DNA of 64,000 bases from Eledone cirrhosa (Eukaryota): NCBI GenBank assembly GCA_964016885.1, contig OZ024742.1:120900001-120964000 (forward strand), read 5' to 3'. A program made the position numbers and the translations under genes. Each line of letters begins with the position of its first letter. Position 1 is the first letter of the stretch. Below the pieces are notes generated by a model. The model was not told where the DNA came from and searched no databases. It worked only from the letters and a program-made list of their open reading frames with translations. Shown here one piece after another: positions 26,201 to 37,529 of this stretch.

Positions 26201-28199
26201 CACGTCACAAATTTGGCAGCTAAGTTTATGTGTATATACATGTATGAATAAACATATGGATATATATATATAAGTAATGCGTGTATATATATTATAATGT
26301 GTACGTATTCGTAAGCCAAAATAGCAGAGATGGGAGGAGAGGGTCCTAGCTACGCGTATTTGACAGGGAGCGGGAGAGTGAAAATAAATGCAATCTTATT
26401 AAATGTTGTTTCTATTGTTCAGTGTTACCGGAATTTGCCGAATTTTGCCGATTATTGTTTATACATACATATACAACATGTACAACATAAATGTTTAATG
26501 AATTAAATTTTTTTTTTAGAAATATACGACCACAATAATTTCATTGCAAGGTCGTAATATATTTCTAACTAAATATCGAAATAATGTAATAATATTCATT
26601 TTGTTTTGGTTTATTACTATTTCGCGCCGAATTCCTCTATATCTTAGGGCCACTATTAATTTACTGTTTGGTTTATCGGCCTTAGGGGATGAAAAATAAA
26701 TTAATGTAACTGATATTTGGACTTACTAATAGGAGTATGAAAACGAAACAAATAAAAGGCATTTAATAATAGATAAATTATATAGTCTAACTATCAACCT
26801 CATAAACTTAATTCCATCTCTCACTTGAGCCACCCCCAGCCCAAAAAAAGAAACACGAAAACAGACATTAAATATATAGAGAGAGAGAGAGAAAACGCAT
26901 TTAATAATGGTAGACGATTAATCCAACTACCAACCACTTAAACTGAACTCCATCTCTCCGTTTTATCATAATTTCAAATTATACGAAATTATTCCCTTTT
27001 TTTTTTAAATTCAAACTGGATATTTTTAGTATATTTTCAGTATGTATTACTAAGATATCTAAATATAATCGCCATAGATAAACGCTATATTTAATAAACG
27101 TATATTTTTACTCAATGTTTAACTTGCATTTAATTCATTCAGTTATAACCAGATATTTATAACTATAGACGTTGTGCATATGAAGAGATAATTATATCTA
27201 CATTGACGTTAATTTCAAAATGTGTGAAAAGCGAGATTTAAATGTGTTAATTATGAAAATAGTCAAGCTTTTAATTGTAACTGTTGGCTCGTTTGATATC
27301 TCAGGGGAGATTATTTGTAAAACCCAAGTAAAGACTTAGATGTAACTTATAACTTGTAAAAACCTTTATTTATTCAACCTGTTCTAGGTCTGCGTAATAG
27401 AAAATTCGTGAAGAAACATCCATGCCTTAGCGAATGACATTCAAGTATGTAAATCAGAAAGGAAACTTGCTAAATAATAAAAAAATATATAGAGAGAGAT
27501 AAATATACACGAGTGTGTATGATTGTGTATAGAAGATTATATTAATAAAAGGAATTCCAACTTTGTCTGATTTACCCGTTTTATTTACAATCCTTTAAAA
27601 TTTATAATGGTATGAGAACGAAATAGTATGGTAGAATATTAAATGTTAAGTGTTAATTGAACAAGTACTTTCATGCTTTCGTAATCTTCAGGTTCATATT
27701 GTGTGGTGACAGTCAAGTTTGCAATTTTCAACTATATATATTATAAAGTCTACGGTGCCGAGACCGGAGAGATCACAAATCAGGAAAAGAAGTAGACTAT
27801 ACATAATTCTATTTTCTGGTGAACGACTAGCGACCGAAAAGTGAGGACTTTTCCTTTTAAATCAAACGTGAAACTAATATATTCATTGTACTTCATCCTC
27901 TGTTGTGCCCCTCAGTCATGCAGGTTTTGTTTTTTAAACTATTGCATGCTCCGATGGATGTGTAATAGTATACATGAACGGCAAAGTGTATATGGACGGA
28001 GAGAGAAACTAGACATAAGAGGGATTGTGTGCAGAAGAAGAAATTGTGTTGTTACAGCCAGGTGATGCATATGAACGATAAAGCCATGGAGATTTAGAGG
28101 CCACATAAAATCCCTGAGATCTTCACCCTGATATGTCTATTCTTTAAGCATTTTGAATGTCTTCTTCTTCTTCTCCTCCTCATCCTTCTCATCCTCCTC

Positions 28200-28400
28200 C
28201 TTCTGTAATCTCTCAATTTGGAGAAGTAGCGGCTCTACCTGGAGTGACTCTCTGATCTCTGAGCTACGCACTCTATTGAGAAACATTACTACAAAGATCC
28301 TTCGGAGAAACCTCATTTCAGCCGCTTGTATTTTCGATTGTATTCTTTCAGTCATTATCCAAGATTCATGACCATAGGTAAGGTTTGGCATGAATACCAA
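28200..28400 (-). mobile_element. RTE-clade LINE 3' fragment
   Basis: LTYGHESWIMTERIQSKIQAAEMRFLRRI...RSSEIRESLQVEPLLLQIER. Confidence 0.8.
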
Positions 28401-28659
28401 ATTGTGATAATTAACACAAAACTCTCTGCTTTTCAGTGGAATCTGGTGTATGGTAGTACTGTACTTCTCCATCCTCATAATTGTCATTGACTGATAAAAG
28501 CTGACCTTGCGCAACTGAACCTCTCAAAGACCATGACACAGGATCGAGATCTTTGGCGTTACGCAGTTATACAGAAGATACTCCTTGGATGTTAAACGAG
28601 GATAATGATGATTATTATTATTATGCATAAAAACATCAGATAAACCCAGAGGTATCCAA

Positions 28660-29480
28660 TAGAAGTATTCTGCCATTTAGAAGATCTTAACTATGTAGAT
28701 GACTTGGAATCCTTCTTAAAGAGATCATTTATGGGAGGATAGGCTGAACAGTCATGCAAATCAGAGAAGTTTTAATGTCAATGCATCAAAAACATGTCAT
28801 TTGTGTAAATTCCAACAACCCTGCACATATCAATGTCAACAGTGAGTCACTAAACTATGTAGGGGACTTTACATACCTAGGAAGTCTTATCAGTTAAGTC
28901 AGTGATTCTCAACCTTTTTTTGCCAATTACACACCTTTGAACACATGAAAAAATAGTGGCACACCTGGCTAAATATATATGAAAAATATTTGAATTTTAC
29001 AAAATAAAAACATGGCAAGTCATAGACGGCATACAACCGTAGACACATAGAAATAAAGAAAAACACAGCTATGAACTTACTTTATTGCAGTGTTTCGAAT
29101 TTCATCAGTCAAATAGCTGGCTTCTTTAGTGAGAAATTTGTGCCTGGCTTTTATTCATAATTTCCTCAATATTTGGTCTAATATGAGACAGACACACCCT
29201 CATTTCTTCTTCCATTGTACGTAATTGCATTTTCTTAGTGTGCCGTTCAAAATTTCACATCACACTTAGGAAGATCTCACGGCACACTGGTTGAGAATCA
29301 CTGAGTTAAGTCAATGAGGCAAAAAAGAATATCAAAAGAAGATTTATCAAAGCGTGTTAGGCCTTTTTAAGACTTCAATCAATCTGGAAGTCTATAGAAT
29401 ACAGTCTTAGCAGTAAGATGGAACCCTACAACAGCAATGTCAAATCTGTTCTAATGTATGGCCCAGAATCAACACAGTGT
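28660..29480 (+). mobile_element. RTE-like LINE fragment interrupted by a hAT MITE
   Basis: LEDLNYVDDL and FTYLGSLIS lie before the MITE; YNSNVKSVLMYGPES lies after it. Confidence 0.7.
28900..29303 (-). mobile_element. hAT (Charlie-type) non-autonomous element
   Basis: Perfect 15-bp TIRs CAGTGATTCTCAACC / GGTTGAGAATCACTG and an 8-bp TSD AGTTAAGT (28892-28899, 29304-29311). Internal transposase C-terminus EEEMRVCLSHIRPNIEEIMNKSQAQISH*. Confidence 0.92.
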
Positions 29481-30768
29481 AAAAGTAACATACAAAAAGA
29501 AAACTAACAATCTGATGCTAATTCTTACTCTTCTACATATATATGCATGGACTTACATCGAATTTTAATCCTATTCACTACCTTCTACAAACATCGAAAC
29601 TTGGTATTTTATTTCTCTCTGAGACTCAGATCCTTCACCAACTATCTTTACCCTATTTCTGTTGTCTAGATTATACACTATATTCCAACTTTGCTCTAAA
29701 TGGTAATGTCTGCACATGTAGAATTAATTCTCATTGACACTCATATATCTAAGCAACTTGCTGTATATCCTCTCCCCCTTGAAACATTTGATTCCACCAC
29801 TAAACAATGTTCATAATCAGTCTTTCACTAGAACTGCAACCCTAGAATTTTTTTCTCTACATTTTTCCTGAAAAGATTAGCCTGCAGATGATCAAACTGA
29901 ACACCACTTACTTTGATTTTACTCTTCTAAGAGGGCCTGAAAATGTTATAGGAACTTCCCTTCAACCAATGATTAATTGATAATAAAAGAAAAAATAATG
30001 TAGAAAAAAACATGGACTGATAGTTATTAATCTGTTTGAATTACCAGATTGCTGGAAAGATTTATTGCCAAGGTTAAATCCTGAAGTCCGAACATAACAA
30101 GACTATTTATAGTACTACAATAATACAAGTAAATAATTAGTTGAAATTTAAGAAATAAAACTGTTATAATATCTCAAATATCCACTTTAGAACATATAAT
30201 GTATCATGGGCAAAAACGTAAGCCTTGAATTAATGATTTCTTTAATCATATATTGTATATTTGAAGGAGGGGGAAAGCAAATGTTATGATATTCATAACT
30301 ATATCAAGAGAAATTGCACCATAAGTGAAGGAAATTGGATCACCAGGATCTAAGCTCTTTATTCTATAGTGCTTGTTATATCATTTCTTCAGTCTTGCAG
30401 AGTTTGTACATTATCCATTGTTTTCGTATGTTTTTGATGTTCATAAACATATATACAAATGCATACATAAAATTATTTTAGGGAGAGGAAATAATGATTA
30501 TATCAAACTCAGTACTTTATTTTATTGGCTTCAAGAACATGAAAGACTAAGACAACCTCAAGAGGATTTGAACACACATAATATAAAACTAGATACCTTG
30601 TATTACTGACTCTCCCTTTTCAGTTATTTTGTATACATCCCTTATTTTTTTCATCTTTTTTAATGATTATTTTATTTGTCATCTATCATTATTTTTCTCT
30701 TTACCAAAACTGATCTACAGCACTTACAATGTTTGTAGCCTAAGAAACATATATCTGACATTAATAAA

Positions 30769-30827
30769 TTCTTCTTCTTCTTCTTCTTCTTCTTCTTCTT
30801 CTTCTTCTTCTTCTTCTTCTTCTTCTT
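30769..30827. repeat. (TTC)n microsatellite (tail of adjacent LINE)
   Basis: Direct trinucleotide run abutting the LINE 3' end. Confidence 0.9.
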
Positions 30828-31150
30828 GAGAGGGCTGTGGAGGCAGAGTCTTCAAGCATACTTTCCAGTGGGTCCTGTCAGAGGCAACCATTTCCAACTG
30901 ATCCAGCTAGATCCCCAAGCAAGACCAACTAAACTTATGGATGTTATCCAACCATCTTGCTCATGGTCTACCCCTGGGTCCCCTGCTGGTTGGTTTTGGC
31001 CATAAAATCTGCCCAGTGATATTTTCCTTAGACATTCTGACCACATGTCTGTAATATCGAGCAGTGATTTTTCAATTTGGAGAAGTAGCAGCTCAATCTG
31101 GAGTAACTCTCTGATCTCCGAGCTACACACTCTATCAAGTAATGTTACTA
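30828..31150 (-). mobile_element. RTE-clade LINE 3' end
   Basis: Same family as 28200-28400 and 31800-32600 (SSEIRELLQIELLLLQIEKS). Confidence 0.75.
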
Positions 31151-31799
31151 CATAATAATTGCAATATTATTAATTATTATTATTATTAATTATTAGCCGA
31201 GGTCAACTTTGCCTTTCATCCTTACGGGGTCGATAAAATAAAGTACCAGTAATGCACTGGGTAATTGATGGCCTTGTGCCAAAAATAGAAACAATTATTA
31301 ATTATTAGCTATTGAGGTAGATCATAATAATTCCACTTTCTTTCCCATCTATCAATCAACAGGTGATAAATTACTTCAACAAAACTATGAACATTAGGAA
31401 ATTAATTATGTGTGAGTGTATAAATATATGTCAGAATAATTAGGTCTTTTTTGTCATCAACCGTGGAATTTCTATGGGTCAATCTAATTATTACTATTAT
31501 TTTTGTGTAAAGATTTCTGCTCTGCTGCCAGCTTTTGAAACAGATGGCCAAGTATATTTCTTATGCTTAGTAACAATAGCAAAAGAAGTGGTATAGAGAT
31601 TTGTATTTTCTTCTCCAATATTACCCTCATTTTTTTCTTTCATGTATCTGTTGTAGATAAGAATTACCATCCCATTGAGAATATGTCACTAGTATATTTT
31701 AATCATCATGGCTAAGATGACGCTGGAATCCCCCCCCCCCCCCCCCCATCACCATGTAGTTATTATAAAGAATTTTTGATAACATATGTCATACAGATT

Positions 31800-32600
31800 C
31801 TTCTTCACCCACTTATTCCTGAAAGAGTTGTGGGTGCAGAGTCCTCAAACACTCCCTCCAGTGGGTCCTGTCAGAAGCAACCATCTCCAGTTGATCTGGC
31901 TGGATCCTGAAGAGAGACCAGCTGAGCTGATAGATGTAATCCAGCCATCTGTTCAGCGATTCTTTCCTGAGACATTCTAACCACATGCCTGTAATATCAG
32001 AGCTGTGATCTCTCAATTCAGAGAAGTAGCAGCTCAACTTGAAGTGACTTTCTGATCTTCGAGGGTTGGCACAAATACAGAATTGAAGATAGTGAGTTTG
32101 GCTTTTACACCTACCTCCCTTTTTCTGATTACCGGATGCCGAAGCTAGCACATTACTGCAGCAGCTCCACCAATTCTAGCACTTAATTCTGACTCCTGCC
32201 CTCCATCACTCATGAACACAGCCCTAAGATACTTTAACTTCTCCACCTGCTTCAATGGAACTCCACTCACGTGCAGAGAGCATTGTGCAAGCTTCCTTGT
32301 GAGAACAAGTGCCTCAGTCTTTACAGCACTGATTTTCATTCCAGCCATGCAGCACTTGACATCAAACTTATCAAATGCATGCTGGAAATCCCCTTCTGAC
32401 AAGTTAAGTAACACCATGTTGTCTTAAATGCCAGCCGACTGATCCCACATTCAGGAGTCGTGATACAACTTCCAACCTGGCTGCACCTGTCAATCCTGTT
32501 CATGAAGATTATGAACACGAGAGGTGACAGTATGCAGCCGTGGTGAAGTCTAACTCCCATATTGAATGGTTTCAATTTAGCACCATTTATCCAAACACAA
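31800..32600 (-). mobile_element. RTE-clade LINE RT fragment (decayed)
   Basis: GVRLHHGCILSPLVFIIFM, GMKISAVKTE, LKQVEKLKYL and RWLDYIYQLSW. Confidence 0.8.
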
Positions 32601-32734
32601 ATACTTTAATATTCATATAGAGACATCAGGGTAACAAGAAGCTGCAGACCTAATTTCAAAAGTATTCCAGCCATGATGATCCTATCATTTTTTTCTATCA
32701 TTTTTTTCTATCAGATGTTGTTTACTCGAGAGAA

Positions 32735-33495
32735 AGCTACATGGTATGGTCACGTGATGCGCATGAAAGACGACAGCTGTATAAAAAAGTGCAGGGCAAT
32801 AAAAATAGACAGTAGCCACGGAGTAGGCAAACCCAGAAAAACCTGGGACGACTTGATAAATTCCGACCTCACACACTTACACCTTTCCAAGACAATGTCA
32901 CTCGACCGAGATCTTTGGCGCTACACAGTAATAGAGAAGACCCGCCTTACCTAAGTACAAAGTGAAACCTACTACAGTCAGTAGGCACCTCTAACAAAAT
33001 ACACCCCCATCCCACTACCCCCACCCCATCCACACCACCCCTTTCAATGTAAAGTTATGTTGGTACCACAACATCCAGCCCGAAACAGATGAGGTCGTGT
33101 AGATGTCACGACAAAAAAACACACAGTCCACGCGCTGTAAATAATACACCCCCGTCCCACTACCCCCCCCCCATTATACCCCCCCCCCTTTCGATGTAAA
33201 GTTATGTTGGTACCACAACATCCAGTCCTAAATAAATGAGGTCGTGTAGGTGTCACAACAAAAAAACATAGACCATGCTGTAATGTGGCCGTGTAGGTAA
33301 CATGGTAAAAACCTCCCAGTTCCACACTGTAAATGTGGTTGGTGTTAGGAAGGGCATCCAGCCATAGAAAACCCGCCAGACAGTCCTATGCGAGCAAGAC
33401 AACCACTCTTGCCTCAAGTGGGAAAACTCCCGTCTAAACCCATGCAAGCGTGGAATATGGACGTTAAATGATGATGATGATGATGATGATGATAA
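32735..33495 (+). mobile_element. RTE 3' fragment joined to SINE-like tail (similar composite at 36345-36860)
   Basis: WYGHVMRMKDDSCIKKC...GKPRKTW, then GTTAGGAAGGGCATCCAGC and a (GAT)n tail; ~136-bp internal duplication at 32995-33265. Confidence 0.7.
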
Positions 33496-34645
33496 AACCT
33501 ACATTATCAAATGTCTCTTTCCTTTTTTTTATGACAATAGCATTTAATCTACAGAACCTTCTGGATCGAAAAAGCAACAATCTAGTCATACATTAAAACA
33601 ACATACATTATATCCTTTTTCTTGTGAACAATCAGTTTTACCATCCAACATCATCATCATCATCACCGTTTTACGTCCATTCTTCCACGCTAGCATGGGT
33701 TGGATGGCTTGTCCTGTTGTGGGCAGTGCCAGGTCGGGTGACCATGTCTTGCTCATACATGAACTGATTTTGGCTTCATTTCTACAGCTAGATGCCCTTC
33801 CTAACACCAACCTCATTTACAGTGAGTACTGGGTGCTTTTTTGTCGTAACACCTCCACGACCACTTTTCAGTGGGAAGGGATGGGGTCATATTGTCTATA
33901 TGCTTCAGCTTCAGCTTGTACCCATGGGTGCTTCAGCTACATATCCAAAAATTAGTTGCCACTGATTTTATTGGAGTTGTTTCCTAAAATGTTGGCTTAA
34001 GTGACCACTCTTATATCTCCGAATCTTAGGATTTGAAAAGATCCGAATATCTCTTGAAAAATTGCTTTTGCTTGTTTTTCAAAATTTGATATTTTTTTTT
34101 ACAAGTTTACAAGTAATTTGACACCAAATATGCAGCTTGACTCCAATCAGTTTATGATAAACAAAATCATTTATACAAAAAATAAAACACAATAAATATA
34201 TGTTTACACACATATGGGTGTATAGTAACATATCTTTCAAGCATTGACCTGCAATAGTTGATAAAGCAAAATGCATTCATATAATGCCTACATATGGAGA
34301 AAAAATTTCCTTTATTTTTTATTAGTTTTTTGGAGGGATGGTTTGTCATTAAGGTCAAATATTTATTTTCTTCTGTCTATGTACATGAAATGAAAGCTGA
34401 GTCTCTTATTTTATGTCTTTATATTCATATTCATAAAGTACACACAGACAGAAATACACACACACACACATATATATATATACATACATATATATATAGA
34501 TACATACATATATTGTTAGTATATATATATATAAATGCCTTCTACAGGACTAGAACCGTTTCATGCGGGAGAAATCATATTTATACTCTGCTATGGATTG
34601 AGTACTTTACTTACTGTGGTTACCCCCGATTGAACCTGGGATAAA

Positions 34646-34690
<45 letters not shown>

Positions 34691-34693
<3 letters not shown>

Positions 34694-34905
34694 AACAAGT
34701 AGGACCCCGACAGCTGAGCTCAAGCCGTTTTGACGGCTAATTCTGGACTAAATCCAGAATTAGCCGTCTGGACTAGTCCAGAATTAGCCGTCGAAACGGC
34801 TTGAGCTCAGCCGTCGGGGGTCCTACTTGTTCCTATTACCCACTCTACTACCCTAAGTATTGAGTACTTTGGTGCGTTATGGTCCATCTGGTTCCTTAAC
34901 ACTTT
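34691..34905. mobile_element. Penelope-like element end forming a ~145-bp palindrome around hammerhead stems II/III
   Basis: Arms 34691-~34750 and ~34768-34835 are near-perfect inverted copies. A non-palindromic homolog lies at 49645-49783 in reverse. Confidence 0.6.
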
Positions 34906-35520
34906 TCCTTCGTTATATATATATATATCTCCCCCTCTCTCTCCCCCTCTCTCTCTCCCTCTCTATCCATCCCTCCCACTATGATCAATTTAATTCTCTT
35001 TAACTCACTACATTCCACTACATGAAGTCTGCTATCAAAACTGACCAAGGAATCCTTCCACCTCTACCCCTCCCTCCATCTCAGTTTGTCACTCTACTTC
35101 CTACCTCTACCCCCTCCTCTCTCTCTATACTATTCCATCTGTCCCCTCACCTTCTGATTCCTTTCTCTCTATACTAGTAAATACAATTCCAAATAAATGT
35201 TTTTCTCTATATATTAAGAATTATTTCAACAGTAACTTACTATTTTGAAAATTTGGAATGTGAACAACAATTATAATTGAGTGGCTGCTATTTGCAGTAT
35301 AGCAATATAAGGTTGCACTTACCAATGAAACGGTCGTAAATACCTGGATAAAATCCTTCTCTTAATGCTTACCTGTGTTTTCTCTTTTATACTTTATACT
35401 CCAAGATTGAACGGAATTCTTACAAACTTGTGGAGTTACCCCTAACCGTACGTTGAAACCATCCATGAAACTGGCTTTCTTAACCAAAAACTGGATCACA
35501 ATAAGCAATTTTTTGCTTCT

Positions 35521-35572
<52 letters not shown>

Positions 35573-35589
35573 TATATATATCCGTATGT

Positions 35590-35715
35590 GGTTGATGGCT
35601 GAGAGAAAAGAGTACTCAATACCGAAGTAGAGTTTTAATATTCCTTTTATTATGGCTAAATAGTGAATCTTCTTAGTCTGGAGTTTCACCTGTTTATCAC
35701 ATGGTCATCAGACAA
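35590..35715 (-). mobile_element. Penelope-like repeat with hammerhead core
   Basis: Minus strand reads TGT-CTGATGA-CCATGTGATAAACAGGT-GAAAC. Confidence 0.5.
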
Positions 35716-37529
35716 GAATTAAAGTTTCAATAGCAGACACAGTATAAATAAAGGAAGACTCGAAGTGGGGGAGGGGGGTTTATAGTGAGGAGAGGTAATT
35801 AAGATAAGGTGGACAGGGTGGTGGTGGCAGTGGGTGGAGGATAGGGCTGTGTGAAGAAGGTGATAATGGGTGATAATGGACATAACCATAAAATTTATAT
35901 ACATATATATATATATAGACATACATATATACACACAAATACATATTGTTAGTATATATAAATATTATTCTTTTAAATAAATAAATGAAAATCACTGAAA
36001 TTTTCCAAACATGAATTAATATGGTTAAAGAAAAGGCTAAATTTCAGGATTTTACCAGAAAAAAGTCAGCCTAGCAACTTTAATATATAATTTAGTGTGA
36101 ATTGATAACATTAAAACATAGTTCAACTGCTATAAATAAATATTCAATTATCTATTAGAATATTTTTCAACATGTAATCTGTTTGTTTATCACCTTTGGA
36201 ACACTAAAAAATATTTTCACTGAATTAAATAACCAACTGATACACACAAACACATAAATAGGGAACTTATGGATGAAAAGCGAATGCATATAGTATATGG
36301 ACAAAAAAATATTTTCCTTGAATATATGTATAAGTAAAGTGGTCTTAACTTTTGATGGAAGCTATGGAGTAGGAAGATCCAGGAAGACCTTGGACGAGGT
36401 GATAAAAGCTGACCTTGCACAATTGCACCTCTCAAAGATAATGTCACTGGATCGAGATCTTTGGCGCTATGCAGTAATACATATGACCCGCCTTCCCTTG
36501 CATGTGAACTCAAGCATACTTCTAATTTGCACCTCTTAACCACTTAATACACTATACCTCCTTCCATACACCCCCATACGCCTACACTACCCTCACACTG
36601 TAAAATAGTGTAGGTGTCACAACAAAAAGCACTCAGCCCACACTATAAAGTGGTCGTGTAGGTGTCATAACAAAAAGTACCAGTCTATGCTGTAAGGTGG
36701 TTGTGTAGGTGTCACGGCTAAAAGCACCCTGCCCACACTGTAAAGTGGTTGGCGTTAGGAAGGGCATCCAGCTATGGAAATCTAGCCAGAAAAAGTCTTA
36801 TATGAACAAAACATGGTCACCTGATCCAACTTGCCTCTAATAGGACAACCTGTCTAACTCACTAAGTAAAACACTCCATCCCCATCATAAAGAAGAGTGG
36901 AGCCAACACACTCATCGAAATCTTCCCATCAACATTGGGTAGTGATACTGGCATATACTGAATAATCCCTTAAGTGTCCTTCACCTTTGAAATATATACC
37001 ACTTGTATGTTATACCAAGTAGCTGGGTACAACTTGTTTCCCCTATAACATCATGAAAATTTGCCCCTAAATCTTCCTTATCTAAAGAAAATACTTATAA
37101 AAGAGTCCATTCTAGCCCACTGTACTGCCAACCAATGCCTTCCACACCATAGTTGCAACTCACCCATGTCAAACTTATGCTGTGTTTTGTTGGCCTTCTT
37201 AAACCTGGTACTGCCACAAACAGCTCTCCTTTCGTTTTGTCTGAATTTGTAGACTTGAAAAATAATATAGGTATGGCTAGGGACATAATAGTAAAAATCA
37301 GCCTCTCAAAGATTTATATTATACTTAAAAGAGAGAGAAGTAAGATTAAGTCCTATAAAGCACATGGCCTACATGGTCATTTATTATGCTATAAATGACA
37401 GTCACATCTTCATATCATACACAATTGTTTTAAAAATGGCATGATATAAAGAAGTCCCTGATAAAACATTATACCTGACAAAAGGCAAGATTATCATGGC
37501 TGGAATTCCTTTCAGCATAGGTCTCTTCA

